A stretch of DNA of 64,000 bases, taken from NCBI RefSeq assembly GCF_009834535.1, contig NC_045697.1, positions 70,620,001-70,684,000 on the forward strand. Direction: 5' to 3'. The DNA comes from Camelus ferus. Lineage: Eukaryota. Every line of letters starts with the position of its first letter. Positions within the stretch are counted from its first letter, which is position 1. The notes under the pieces are model-generated. The model did not search any database. It was not told the origin of the DNA and saw only the letters and a program-made list of their open reading frames with translations. Of this stretch, positions 23,710 through 36,849 are shown piece by piece. The translations under genes and the position numbers were made by a program.

Positions 23710-26199
23710 TATAAGGAATTTTAAAATCATATTTGACTTGTAATAAGGAGAATCTAACACAAGAGATGCTTAAGAAAGTTGCATCAGTACCAGAGTATAA
23801 GTGAAGAGAAGAGATCTTCATTCCAACCATAGCCTTAAGTGAGAAACACTGGCTAGAACCAAGCAGAATGAGTGTGAAGAATATGGGCTGTTTTGTAATT
23901 GGTCTTGGAATTATCCATGTGAGATTCATTTTGTATCTTTTGGGAAGTTAAATTTTAGGGAGTAAGCAACAAATGTGGATATTAATTATATGAGGAATTT
24001 AAGATGTATTTACAACAGATTGACTTGAAAGGGAGAGTATATAGAGGATTAAATTGTGCAGGGAAGAGGATTAAGCAACTTTACCCTTTGAAATTATGAT
24101 TTGACTTACAGTATTATTTTATCTAATGCACACAGCAAAAGCTTCTTGTGTGATCACTTTGTTTTCAGAAATAGAATATGGGGTAAGTGACTTTTTGACA
24201 AAGTTAACATTTACTAAAAAAATACGCTACAGAATACTAGTACTGTGGCACACTATTTGGTTATGTTTTTAAAAAAATGTTTTTATAGTCAAATTATTTG
24301 GAGATGCATAAACTTTTTAAATGTCAAATGGATATCTTTATGTTAGGATTACCGAGATTAAAAAAAATGTTATTGTGCATTATAAAACCCCTAGGAGGAT
24401 AGTATTTTCTAAAATAACTGCCCAAGTAACTCCATTTTCAGGGATCATTTTATAGACCAGTGCTTCATAGGAATTCTGTACCCATGACAATGAGGGTAAT
24501 CTGGGATGAACTTAATTAATATCCGGATTCATTTAAGTGACTTCTGAGATAATATTAAAGAGCCCATGGAGAGATTGTGAGGAGCCTAAACCAATGGCCC
24601 TAGAGGGATGTGTCAAAGTAGTGGTAAAGACTGGAAAAGAAGGTTCTTAAGGTTTGCTCAGATTCTTCCAAATGCCTCCCTTGGAGTGAAAAGCAATACC
24701 CCAGAATACAATTAAGTTTAAATGCAAAGCCCAAGGGAAAAAATAAAGATGTGAAGGAATGTAGGCTAAATGCCTGAACAATTCAAAGAGAAGGTAAGAT
24801 TGCATCTCCTCCAGTACTCATTCCTAAGGAAGAGGACCTCAGATAATGAAACCAGACTATCATGGGATCCCCAAAGATTCTGAAGAGAACAAAATGGTGG
24901 TGGGGAAGGAATGCAGGTGGAGTAGGGCCAGAGCTTTCAGCGGAGACAAGAAGAGGAGAAAGTTTCATTTCTACGTAAACTTTATATGTCCCTTTCGTTT
25001 CCATATTATTTAGAGGGTGGATTAAAGTTGGAATTAAGGGCCCCTTGGAATTGTGTGTTTAGCAATTTCCTACACCTTGCAAGACCATCTAGGACTTGGG
25101 TTTAATCCCAGGAAAGTAGGCTGGAGAGGACCACTGAGAGCTCCTTGCTGGCTATGCCTGGTCTAGTGGAGTGTCTAGGTGTCTCCAGATGTATCGATCT
25201 TCTAGCCCAGTTCACCAAGGTAAGTTCATATAGGAACCTGGGACTGATTCCAGGTCAGGAATAAACTTAGACTTGCACTTAGAGTGGCTTTTTGCATTAT
25301 ATACCCCAAATCAAGTGGGTTGGGGGATTTGGTGATTCAGAGCAAGGTAGTAATTTAGGCTTTCTTTTTTAATCCCTTTGTTCTTTCTTAGAGACTTCAC
25401 TAACAGATAGATGTTGACTTTCTACTTCCTTAAAGTCTATTTTAATGGTGTTTCCTGGAGCCAGAGCAAATCCTGGTAGGAGTTGCTTCTTTATTTTCTC
25501 AGATCTGTTTACTTATTTACCTATCAGGTCCGACACATGAAAAATCAGCATAATGCTTACGGGGATGTTAAAAGCTTCTCAAACATTTGAGCTGCCCCGT
25601 TTGAAAACTGTAGTTCACAGTTACCAATGAAGTTATTCCCAGCTCAGGAGGTGAGTGAAAAAGAGTAGCTTTGTTTGTTATCCAGTTGTAGAATACACAG
25701 TTTTTATTTTACTATGAATATGATATGTTTATGATAAACAAAATAATGACTTATTGCAGGAAATTTTAACTGTGCTACTAAAGCCCTAAGGGCTCCGTGG
25801 GGAAGCCTCACAGACAGTCTTTACTGGTAAGAGAGAGAAATGGGGAGAGGCAGGTAGAAGTCCACCCTCACACATCACCACCACACTGCTTCCAACCGGG
25901 CAGGGTTCAATGTCTGTTTGCTATATGCACACTCTGGACTTTCTCAAGAGACCTTAGGAGACCTTAGGAGGAAACATCTCTGCTAATTACAAACAATTTT
26001 AGTCAACAATTGCCTTAATAATGAGAGTTCTAAAATCAGACCTTGCGGGTCCACACAAGATGAACAACATCAGAGTAGACAGCAGATCTATTGTTATTGT
26101 GAAATTCATGTGCTAATAGTATTTCTACGCTCTGCTTAAGAGCATCGCTTTTCACCTGGACTTATTTACTCTTTTATAAACACAATTCTAACAAATTTG

Positions 26200-26227
26200 G
26201 TGTGTGTGTGTGTGTGTGTGTATGTGT
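26200..26227. repeat. (TG)n microsatellite
   Basis: Directly visible. Confidence 0.95.
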
Positions 26228-28775
26228 TTTCCACTTAAAGGAGCAACTTCAAAGAAATAACCATTCATAGCAGGCTGGCAATCTCACCAAAAGTATAGCC
26301 TAAAAGCAGGGAAAGAACAAGAACATGTACCAAAAAAGGTAAAAAAGGCAAAAATTACAGAATTCTGTGACTATTTTGTGCAGGAAGAAAAAAATGCCAT
26401 GTAAGGCTCATTAATACCTGAGGGGCTTACTATTTAATAGCCAAGTGTAATAATTGAGACTAAAATAATAATACGGAATGCTTAAGAAATAGGTGATTGT
26501 GAACTTGTTCATTGGGGAAAAAAATTGAAATTAAAGGACCAGCTTTCAAATTCCAAATTGTTATTATGAATTTTGTGCTTTTTTGTTAAGTCATTTAACC
26601 TCTCTGAAACTGAGTTTTCCTATTTTAAAATAATGATTTTAAAATAATCTTAAAAAAATGATAATACAGTCTGAGGTGTGGGCAAGATGATGAAGTAGGA
26701 AGACCCTGAGCTCACTTCTGCTCATAGTACAGCAAAATTACAACTATTTACAGAGAAACTATCTGTGAAAATTACCTGAAGACTAGCAGAAAAGATTTTC
26801 CACAACTAAAGATACAAAGAAGGAACCACAACAGGCGCGGTAGGAGGGGTGGAGATGCAATACAGTCAAGACCCCCAGCCCCAAGGATAATCACAGTTCC
26901 AGAGGTTCTCCCCAGGGAGCAAGTCTGACTTCCACGTCGGGCTCCCCCGCCTGCGGGTCCTGCACTCCCAGAACCGTGAGCCCCCAGAGCACCTGGCTTT
27001 GAAGGCCAGCTGGGCTTGTGCAAGGGAGAGCCAGAAGGCTGTAGGAAACACACTCTACTCTTAGAGGGCACATGTAAAATTTCACAGCACAGGGGCAGTA
27101 ATTTGAAAGGAGCCTGGGTCAGACCCACTTGCTGATCTTGGAGAGCCTCACAGAGAGGCAAGAAGCAACGGGACCTTCCTCTGGGAACACTGATGCTGGC
27201 AGCAAACATTTTGGGGAGCTCATTCTGCCTTGTCTGCCACGAGGACACTGGTGCTGACAAGCACAATTTTGGAGTCCTCCCTCTAGCCTTTAAGTGCCAA
27301 GGGCTTGCCCACTCACCATCGGGCAGGAACCAACCCCCAGACCCTTGGAGCTCTGCAGCCAGCTGCTCTGGGACCCCATCCCACCTACCAACAGCCTGTC
27401 ACCAGCCCTGGGACTCCCCAGGTTGTACAGCCAGCCACACCTGGACCTGGTCTTGCCGACCAGCAGGCAGGCACTAGCCCTGGGACCCTCTGCGTCACAC
27501 AACCAGTCATAATGGAACCTGGCTTTACCCACCAGCAGGCCAGGCAGGCACCACACGAGTTAGGGCCTGACAGCCAACCCGGCTGGGGGCCAGCTCCGCC
27601 TGCCGGTGCGCCCACAGTGGTCAGCTCCACCACAACAGAGGGGCCTACACAGTCAACACTGGGGTACCCTTACAGCATGACAGCCCTGGTGAGCAGAGGT
27701 GGGTGTGCCGCTGAGCCCCACAGCACGTCTCCTATATAAGGCCACTTCTCAAAGATTGGGAAACATAACCAACCTACATAAATAATGCACAGAAATAAAC
27801 AGAGAATTAGGCAAAATGAAGAGAGAAAGGAATGTGTTCCAAAAGAAGGAACAAGACAAAACCATAGAAGAACAAAATAAAATGTAGATAAGCAACATAC
27901 ACGACAAAGAGCTCAAGGTAACAATTACAAGGATGCTCAATGAACCTGGAAGAAGAATGAATGAACACAGTGAGAAGTTTAACAAAGAGTTAGAAAATAA
28001 GAAGATGAGTCAAACAGAGCTGAAGAACACAAGAACTGAAATAAAAAAGACACTAGAAGGAATCGCCAGTAAATTAGATGATTCAGCGAAAGGGGCCAGA
28101 GAGCTGAAAGACAAAGCAGTGAAAATCACCCAAGTTGAACACAAAAAGGAAAAAAGAATCTTAAAAAATGAAGACAGCTTAAGAGACCTTTAGGACAAGA
28201 TCAAGCAGACAAACATTCACATTATAGGTGTCCTAGAAGGAGAAGCAAGAGAGAAAGAAGCAGAGAATGCCTTTGGAGAAATAGTAGCTGAAAACTTCCC
28301 TAACCTGGGAAAGGAAACATATATTCAGGTCCAGGAAGTACAGAGAATCCCAAACAAGATGAACTTGAAGAGGTTTACACCAAGAAACATTATAATTAAA
28401 ATGGCAAATATTAAAGATAAGGAGAGAATCTTAAAAGCATCAAAAGAAAAGCAACTAGTTATGTAGAAGAGAACTCCCATAAGCCTATGAGCTGACTTTT
28501 CAGCAGAATTTTTGTAGGCCAGAAGAGAGTGACATGATATATTCAAGGTAATGAAAGGAAAAAAAAAATCTACATCCAAGAATAATCTAACTGGCAAACC
28601 CATCATTCTGATTTGAAGAAGAGGTAGTTTTATAGACAAGCAGAAGCAAAGAGTTCAGCACCACTAAACCAGCGCTACAAGACGGGACTTCTTTCTCTAA
28701 GTGAAGTAGAAAAGACCACAGCCAGAAATAGGAGAATTATGAAAGTAGAAATCTCCTTGGTAAAGGCAAGCATAC

Positions 28776-29493
28776 CCACGGGGCACTGCTTGCCACAAAG
28801 GCCCCATTGTTAATGCGTTCTCGTGAAGGGTGGGGTGCAACGCTGCCACAGAAACCTCCTTTTCTGTGAGACCACAGGGTGTGGTCTGATCACAAAAGCC
28901 CGACTGCTAATCAGCTCTGTGAGCCGGCATAACAGGGGGCAGGTGATACCGCAGAGGGCACTTCCCGGAGGACAGCTCCTGTGGGGGAACACCCAGCGGC
29001 CCCTCTCCCCGCAGAAGCCCTCTAGTCCTGCCTACCACAGATCCCAACTCAGAAACGGACCTGGGGGCTTCTACTCTGACAGCTGGGGAGCAGACCTGGC
29101 CCCTGACAGAGCTGTGACAGCCACAGAGCAAAGAGGAGGCCCCACGCAACCTCCAGTGCAGGCTCTGGTCACAACACCAGTCACAGCCCCCGTCAAGGGG
29201 ATAGCAGCCAGCACACATGGAGGAAAGTCGTGGCAGGCATTCAGACTGAAAACAGCTCTCACAACAAAATAGATGCACACAGTCTATTCAGGGACGTTTC
29301 CACGAACAAACAGCTCCTCGAGATCACAGTAGGTAACTGTTACTCCTAAATTCATAGAGTTAGAGAAATACAAGTGAAATGAAGAAGCTAAGGAACCACT
29401 CCCAAGTAAAAGAAGAAGAGAACTCTTCTGGAAGAACAAACAACAAACTAGACCTCTATGTCTACCAGATCTTGAGTTCAGAAAGGAGATGAC
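28776..29493 (+). mobile_element. Nested second-family L1 fragment (end of 5'UTR plus ORF1 N-terminus) inside the host L1 inter-ORF region
   Basis: ATG 29379 gives MKKLRNHSQVKEEENSSGRTNNKLDL..., a laurasiatherian L1 ORF1-type N-terminus. Flanked by AAAGGCAAGCATAC (28762-28775) and AGAGGCAAACATAC (29494-29507). Host sequence resumes after the second copy. Confidence 0.75.
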
Positions 29494-29642
29494 AGAGGCA
29501 AACATACAGGAAAAGTAGATCAACCACTTATAAAGCTAGTAGGAAGGTTAAAAGACAAAGTAGTAAAATCATTATACCAACAATAGGTATTTAAGGGATA
29601 CCCCAAACAAAAAGATGTAAAAGTTGATGTCAAAAACATTAA

Positions 29643-29687
29643 ATATATATATATATATATACACACACATATATATATATATATATA
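29643..29687. repeat. (TA)n(CA)n(TA)n microsatellite inside L1
   Basis: Directly visible. Confidence 0.95.
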
Positions 29688-30341
29688 TTTATGTTGTTAT
29701 ATAAAAACTTCCTGGTAATCACAAACCAAACATCTATAATAGTTACAAACAAACAAAAGAAAAAAAATCCAAACAAAACACCAAATATTGTCATCAAATC
29801 ATAAGGAAAAGAGCAAAAGAAGAAGAAAAAAAACAAAAAAGAACCAGAAAACAATTAACAAAATGAAAATACATACACACCTATCAATAATTACTTTAAA
29901 TGTAAATGAACTAAATGTTCCACTCAAAAGACATAGAGTGGCTGATTGGATTAAAAAACAAAAATAATAAGACCAACATTTATGCTGCCTACAAGAGATT
30001 CACTTCAGATTTAAAGACACATATAGATTGAAAATGAGAGAACGGAAAAAGTATTTAATGTAAATGCAAATGAAAAGAAAGCTGGTGTAGCAATACTCGT
30101 AACAGACAAAGACCGTAGCAAAAGATGAAGAAGGACTTTACATAATGATTAAGGGATCAATCCACAAAAAGATAAAATAATTGTAAATATATATGCACTC
30201 AATATAGGAGCACCAAAATATATAAAGCAAATATTATCAAATGTAAAGGAGAAACTGACAGCAACACAATAGTAGAGTACTTTAACACCCCAAATGCATC
30301 AACTACCAAAACTGAGTCAGGAAGAAATAGGAAATCTAAAC

Positions 30342-30668
30342 GGAAACAAACAGACTGCTAAATATTTCTCCAACAAAGATGTGTTTATTTGGGATCAGAA
30401 GAGAATTGCAATTCAAGGTCTGCAAACATGCAAGTTCCCCCATGACAAGGGAAGAAGAACACTTTTATAGAGGGGGAAAAAGAAGTTGGGAGGGCAACAA
30501 TGAACAAAGAGTCCATGGCTTTGTATTGGCTGACTCCTTGCCAGGAAAGAAAAGGAGTCTTCTTTCTATTGAGCTCAGCTATTGTCCCACTGTTGTCCCA
30601 AGGTGTGAGAGCTCCCCCTCTTGGTGCATCAACTCTATTTAACTGAGGTTTCTGTTTATTAATTTTTG
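30342..30668 (-). mobile_element. Solo LTR-like element (ERV-type)
   Basis: Non-L1 block between two L1 pieces. The minus strand has AATAAA at 30389-30384 followed by GU/U-rich sequence. It resembles artiodactyl ERV1 LTRs from memory; family not confirmed. Confidence 0.5.
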
Positions 30669-30669
30669 A

Positions 30670-31201
30670 AAATACTCAAGAGAAATGAAAACACATGGGT
30701 ACCTGAAAACTTGTACATGAATGTTCTTAGCAGCATTATTTACAACAGGCAAAAAAACAGAAACAACTCAAATGTCCATCAATTAAGAAACAGATAAGTA
30801 AAATGTGGTATAGCCACACAATGAAATATTATTCAGTCATAAAAAAGAATGAACTACAGATACATGTTATAGCATGGTTGAACCTAAAAACATTATGCTA
30901 AGTGAAAGAAGCCAGACACAAAAGATCACATATCATATGATTCTATTTATGTGAAATCTCTAGAATAGGTAAATAAATCTATAGAGACACAAAGTAGGCT
31001 AGTGGTTTCTAAGAATTGGGGGGAAGGGTAAATGGGGAGGGACTGGTGATAGATGCAGGGTTTCTTCTTGGGGGGATGAAAATGTTCTGGAATTAGATAG
31101 CGGTGATGGTTGCACAATCTTGTGAATATACTAAAACCCACTGAATCATATACTTTAAAAAGGTGACTATTATGGTATGTGAACTATACACATTAAAAAA
31201 A
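30670..31201 (+). mobile_element. Ancient L1MB-type LINE-1 3' end
   Basis: Typical L1MB 3'UTR motifs (GGGATGAAAATGTTCTGGAATTAGATAG.GGTGATGGTTGCACAA, TATGGTATGTGAA) and an A-tail ending about 25 bp from EMCN exon 3. Confidence 0.85.
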
Positions 31202-31226
31202 GGTGGCAAAACAAAGCATTACTCAT

Positions 31227-31310
31227 CTTCATCTTTAACTGTTGTGGTTAATGAAGAAACTATTGTTGGTGGTTTTGGAGGTGTTTTTAAGGATTCCTTG
31301 TTGGTAGTTC
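31227..31310 (-). CDS. EMCN: EMCN coding exon 3 (84 nt), donor non-canonical (AT instead of GT)
   Basis: ATCAAACTAG|GAACTACC...AAAGATGAAG|ATGAGT. Translates (G)TTNKESLKTPPKPPTIVSSLTTTVKDE(G), homologous to human GTITNELLK...TSKDEG. Inclusion is uncertain because +1 is A. Confidence 0.72.
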
Positions 31311-34300
31311 CTAGTTTGATAAGATAGATGACATTATTATTAATTGCAGTTTCATCTCCCCTATCATGGAATAAATAAAAGTAAGTCAAACCTAAAGGTG
31401 GGTAAGCCTTTGTCTTTAATTTTGCCATTTTCTAGCTTCTTTTGGTCAAAGTGAGGAACGTAAGTATATAAGGGCTGAATGCTTGGGTGGCTCTATGAAA
31501 ACACATACACACACACACATTTTTGTATAGTAGACCCAAAAGCAAATTTTCACTGCATATTGTTACCTGGGTATCTTTAAATATGCAAGAAAATTGTAAA
31601 AAATGAATGAGTTAAAATAATTTTATTTTTCAATGACCTGATCAATAGGACATAGGAGTAATGTGCCTTCTTTTTTCAAAATTAATTTCATTTTGTTGAC
31701 TTAGTTATGACCTGAAACTTCCAAATAAACATAAATCATAAAAGAACTTACAAACTCCTGTAATTAATTAATTTTTTCACTTATGAAACAATTGAGTTCC
31801 CACTCTGTACAAGGCCCTCTACTGGACTCTTAAGGGAAGTATCTAACTCTTAGTCATCTTTTTATTCTGAGTCATATGAAGAGTCATTCCTGGCATACGG
31901 TGAGCATGTAGTAAACATTGTTTCAGATGAGGTGGCACTCACACAGGACAGGAGGACCAACACAAGGACAGAGATCTACTTTAAGTAGTGAACACAACTT
32001 ACCAGTTTGATACCCATAATAGTCAGCATTCCCCTTTTTCTTAACACACGTTAGCATGTCCCTTTGTGATTAGGGGCAAGGGTGCCATTTTTACTATGTG
32101 GCATATATAGAATCTTGGTTCTTATATATATGCATGAGGGAGGAACTATCTGGATCTGCACGGTTTACCTAATACTTTCAAACCCTAGTCTAGAGGAGCG
32201 TTTTCAAGGGTAAGCTGGCTGGAACTGGATGTCAGAATAAACTAAAGATCGTAAGAGGAAGATAAGAACTTTGGAGGACTGTTGAGGACAAATGCTTCTA
32301 AGCAGGTGGTGAAGGTTTTGTCTACTGCTCACTCTTCTGTCCTCACTGCTTTTAGGGATTATAGGTTATTACAGCAATGGAAAGGTGCTGTAATAAGCAG
32401 ATTCTATGAATTATAATGTGGAGGGTATCAAAACACTTGAGATTTCCTAAAAGTTTTCTACACCCAAATGTGATTGTATTGTAAAAGAAGAAATCAACAA
32501 AGGAATCATTATCCTTAAAAGCTTAGGTTTGAGATTTTTGCATTGCCCGCTCACATGATCCCAACATCTTAAGGTAAATACGTTAATGGTATAAATGAAG
32601 TGTCCCCTCCACCCAGACATGGTGCTTTTGTTTTCACTTCATCACTACTCTTGGGTTCTTGGTACCAGTAACAGACTTAATTGAATTTTTACAATCACCC
32701 TGCCATGAGTTTTACTGGCATACGTGTCCTATATTTCTTAAAAATTCAAGACACAGAGATGATTACAGGAAATAATTAGGACACATAATGGTAAATAGAA
32801 AAAAATGTCAGATGTGTAGAATCTTTGAGTTTCTGAAGCCCTTGACCCTTTTCTTTTAGACCTTGGTCTAAAAGATCCTGACTTCATGTTTGATACAGGG
32901 AAGAGATGTAACAAAGTTGAGCTTTGGCACAAGTATTCAGCTCAAGTCTTGTATTTGGCTTCAGTTTCAGCTTCGGTCTTTAGAAAACGGAATAGCTAAG
33001 TGGCTATACATTTCTGGTGCTCCTGAACTTGTGTGTGAACAGTGATCTTGTGATGTTGCTGATGATCTCTAGATCCAATCAGTGTAACAGTATTGAGAAC
33101 ATAAACAGGACACAATTTATTTTGAATTTGTTATTAATGTATGAATATTCACTTTCAAATACGGGCAAGCATTCCACATATAATTTTTAGTGAAATTCTT
33201 CTTATGTGCTAAATATGTTAAAATTCTATAGTATAAATGCATCCTTATTATTGCAAAATTAGAATGTTGCAGTAACTATTGAAATTTGTGAGTTCTGTTA
33301 ATTTTATGCACAAAACAATGATTAAATACTATAAAGTAGTTAATGAAAGAAATAGACTGAATTTAATATGAACATTAAGAAATGCTATGGCTATATAAAT
33401 CTTTAGGGGTATTATATCATTTTGAGTCAACAAATATTTATAAAAGATTAAATTAAAAGAATATTATAATTCTACTCTCTATAAGATTGTCTAGTAAGCT
33501 ATCATTCATAACACTTTCCAATATAATCTTTTAGAGCTATATTTAATTCCATTTTAGGACACAAGGGTTTTAAGAATGTCTAATTTGTAAACATTTCATA
33601 TCATTAGAAGATAAACTAAAAGTAAAATGTCAACTTTATCACTTCAACATTCTATGAAAAGGAAAAACCAAAAAAAAGTCATGTACAAAGATATCCCAGG
33701 TAGTTCATCTTCAATTCAAACTTAACAAAGAATATAAAGATAGTGGATAAAAGAAGAAAGACATGAGAAAAATGAGGTCCCTAAACTTATTTTTCCCCCA
33801 TGAATCATATAAGAAAATTTATAAGAATGTCTTTTAAAAGTCTGTTCTTTGTAGTCTTCTCTTAGTTAACTGGCACCCTGTATGGGAGAGATGGCCAAAA
33901 ATACCTGGCCGCTCTACTGACCTCAGCTGAAATTGAGTATCTATTTAGTATCAAAATTCTGAAGTATCAGTGCTGAGAAAGTTTTATTTCTGCGTTATAA
34001 TTCAGCTCATTAAATTTTTTTGACTGTTCATTGTTTTAAAAATTGAGCTGAATCATAATTACATTTCAAGAATGACATTTTAGGTTTATTGCTAAATCTT
34101 TGAAGTCCATTTCATGATGATGATATTCAGTGTCTGCCAAATGTTGATTTCAACTCTGGCTACTTGGCCTTAGAACAAAATGGGAAGAGCACTTGATACA
34201 CATCTAGAAAGAGATCAAGTCCCATCTCTCTAATTGTGTGAACCTTTGAAATCAAGCTCTGCTCTGGGCAAAGCTCTGTCAGTCACCTCTGCCACTGTGA

Positions 34301-35334
34301 CTGCGCTGCTGTGAGAAGTCCCATCTCAGCCGCACATTTTCTACTTTTCTGACGGTAGAATTTCTGCCATCGTCAGAAGGAAGAAAATGTACATGTTTTA
34401 GATAGACATAAGCACTAGTTAATCAAATGTCTTTTGATCCTTAAAATCTGAGTGGGAAACCTTAAAATGAAAATAAAGAAGCTTCTCCACGTTGTATTTT
34501 GGAGGGGGGGCATAGTAAATCATTTGATTGTCTCTTAAATGATCATGGTGGCCATGAGCAAGGGGCAATAAAGAATCATTTCACTATAGGTATACTTTTT
34601 GTGGTATTATTGCACAGTCTAAAAGTGGTGATCTTGGAGGATGAGACAATGTATAAAACTCCCCCAAATGTAAACTCCTCACAAGCTTGAAGCCAGAAAG
34701 CCATATATAGTGATATACTGCTTAGAATATGAGTGTTTGAGACATATTTCCATGTTCTCATACCTGTGCTTTAATCATAGTCTTTAGGAACCTGGGCAAT
34801 ATCCTTATACAAAACCCAACTCACCTACACTCTTCATACACAAATGGTGATCAAGTAAGCCAGATAAAAAGTAGTTCCTTTCTCTCCTCTCTCCTCCTGC
34901 TTGTTCCTCTATTTTCCTACAAGCACAGCGGACCCCCAGCTGCCGGGCTCCACACCCCACTTCCACCACGTTGGACCTGTCTCTCCTCCTGGACCGCAGT
35001 CGCTCGTGGGCATCAGAGCCTGCCCTTTGTCCCCTTTATCTTCATCTGTCCTCCACCATCGATTGCTCTCTCAGCTAGTTTCCTGAGACCCCAGAACGTC
35101 CTCATTTCCTTCCCTTCACCCCGCTCCCACTGCTATATTCATGGTTACCAGATTTTAACCCTTAAAACCTTCAGAAATGGAGTTTAAATGATATTAATGC
35201 ATTACTATTACTTTGGGAGATTTGATAACAACATTGTAGCTTTGTAATAAATTGACCTTATTTGTTGTGATGCACTCTTAGTGTGCAGAGGTAAAATGGC
35301 AAAAATCTGAATTCCCTTCAAAATATTTGAAAAG

Positions 35335-35510
35335 GAAATAAGAAGAGAGAGAAAGGAAAAAAGGAAGAATGGACGCAAGCAAGGAAAGAAGTAAAAAAGG
35401 AAGGAGAAAGAAAGGAAAGGAGGAAGGGAGAAGGAAAGAAAGAAGAAAAAAGGGAGGAAGGGAGGAAGGAAAGAAGGAGAAAGAAAAAGAAAAATGAAGC
35501 AAAGGGGGTA
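35335..35510. repeat. GA-rich low-complexity tract
   Basis: Degenerate GGAA/GAAA/GAGA purine run. Confidence 0.9.
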
Positions 35511-36849
35511 AAATCTTGATAAGTATTGATTCTGAGAGATGGGCATGGAAATGAATTCCAGTACTCTCTGCTGGTGGGTACATCTGGACGTTTTTATAAC
35601 AAAAATAATAAAAGAAAATCTGCTCTGACCTATTACAATTTTTACAATTGAATTTGAATAATTTGAAACTCATCTGGAGAACTTTTGAATAATACAGACA
35701 GACCAGAGTTTAGTTTTTATTAATTAACATTTTATTAATTAACTACTTTTAAAGTAGTAAAAGTGCCCCCCAAAATGAATTAGGAGAAACATGTGTGTGT
35801 GTGTACATGATTTTGAATGCACACTTGTTTCAGAGAAAGGTGCTTCAGTGCCCCACTGCAGGAGCCACCCGTGGTCAAGCTGATAGAAAGTCTCCCCAGT
35901 TATCTTTTACATGAGTAGGTATAGAGTTTCCCTTCCAAGTCAGAGCAGTATAATGCACTTCTGGTACCAAAAATGACCATTCCGAATTCATTCACCGAGC
36001 CCGAGCCCCCCACCTCTGCCCTTTCCTGGTCACTGAACATAGTGATTAGGACTTGTGTTATTATTTGGACAATGTTATTCACCATAGATCACTGTAGGCA
36101 GGACTAGAGATCTTCCCACTGAGAAAACATAATTTCCAAGTAGTTAATATAAAAATTGTTGAACTTCAACCCTTTGGGTGTTCATGCAGGGTCAGCACCT
36201 GCCTTCTCTGTATTGGTACTTTTGGGAACATATGATTGATTGCCAAGTAATATACTTTTACCAGATTAGTGCAATTTTATGCCAAGGACTCAACTGGCAA
36301 CTCACAAAAAGAGAGGGAGAGAAGGAGAGAGAGAGCAAGAGGGAGCAAATAGTTACACCTTGTAAAAGCACTAGAATACCACCACTTAAACTCTCGGAAT
36401 ATAGGGCTTAGACAATTTTTTTAAATAAAATATAAAACACAGTATGCACGGTGTTGGCTAGAGGCCTCGTGGGCCCTGGTTTCCTGATTGTGTCATTTGG
36501 ACTTTCTCTTGGTTGGCAACAAAATGTGTACCACATTCTGAGAATAAAATCCCCTGTGCTGCCCTCACTGTGTACTGCTTTCTGCTGGTTTGGTAGAGAA
36601 GTTCTAAGGAGAATTGGTTTGTCTTCACGTTAGAATTAGACATTTCAGAAATAATGGACTCTATTCATAACACCGTTTTTCTCCATGAATCACCATCCCA
36701 TTTGAGTCCAGTGAGCTAGCCCTCATCAGTCATCTGCATGTCTTAGAACAAAAGTTAAATGAAGAATAGAGAGGCAAGGAAGTCAGCAGTGGGAATGTCA
36801 GTTCATTAGGGTGTTTGTTTTTCAGATCTTTCTGTGACCTCAGCTGCTA

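Larger units (their letters stand above)
26670..30341 (+). mobile_element. Older LINE-1 5' portion: GC-rich 5'UTR, disrupted ORF1, start of ORF2 endonuclease domain, 3'-deleted
   Basis: ORF1 from ATG 27816 (MKRERNVFQKKEQDK...MLNEPGRRMNEHSEKFNKELENKK...) with stops and frameshifts to about 28700. ORF2 start near 29863 (HLSIITLNVNELNVPLKRHRVADWIKKQ). Confidence 0.9.

Noticed and set aside
26772..29523. Cluster of overlapping GC-rich ORFs of 70-164 aa
   Set aside because: They lie in L1 5'UTR sequence, where GC richness suppresses stops. Only the ORF1-like pieces are meaningful, and those are disrupted.
21252..31226. Intron 3 as a U12-type AT-AC intron
   Set aside because: The donor is ATGAGT, not ATATCCTT. 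No TCCTTAAC branch box is visible near the exon 4 acceptor, and the intron would end in AG or AT, not AC.
31311..31428. N-terminal part of ORF 31219-31428 as a standalone 69-aa gene
   Set aside because: Only 31227-31310 is homologous to EMCN; the upstream part is intron 2 sequence before the acceptor AG.
35208..35673. Hydrophobic F/L/S/P-rich minus-strand ORFs resembling membrane proteins
   Set aside because: They are translations of the GA-rich low-complexity tract.
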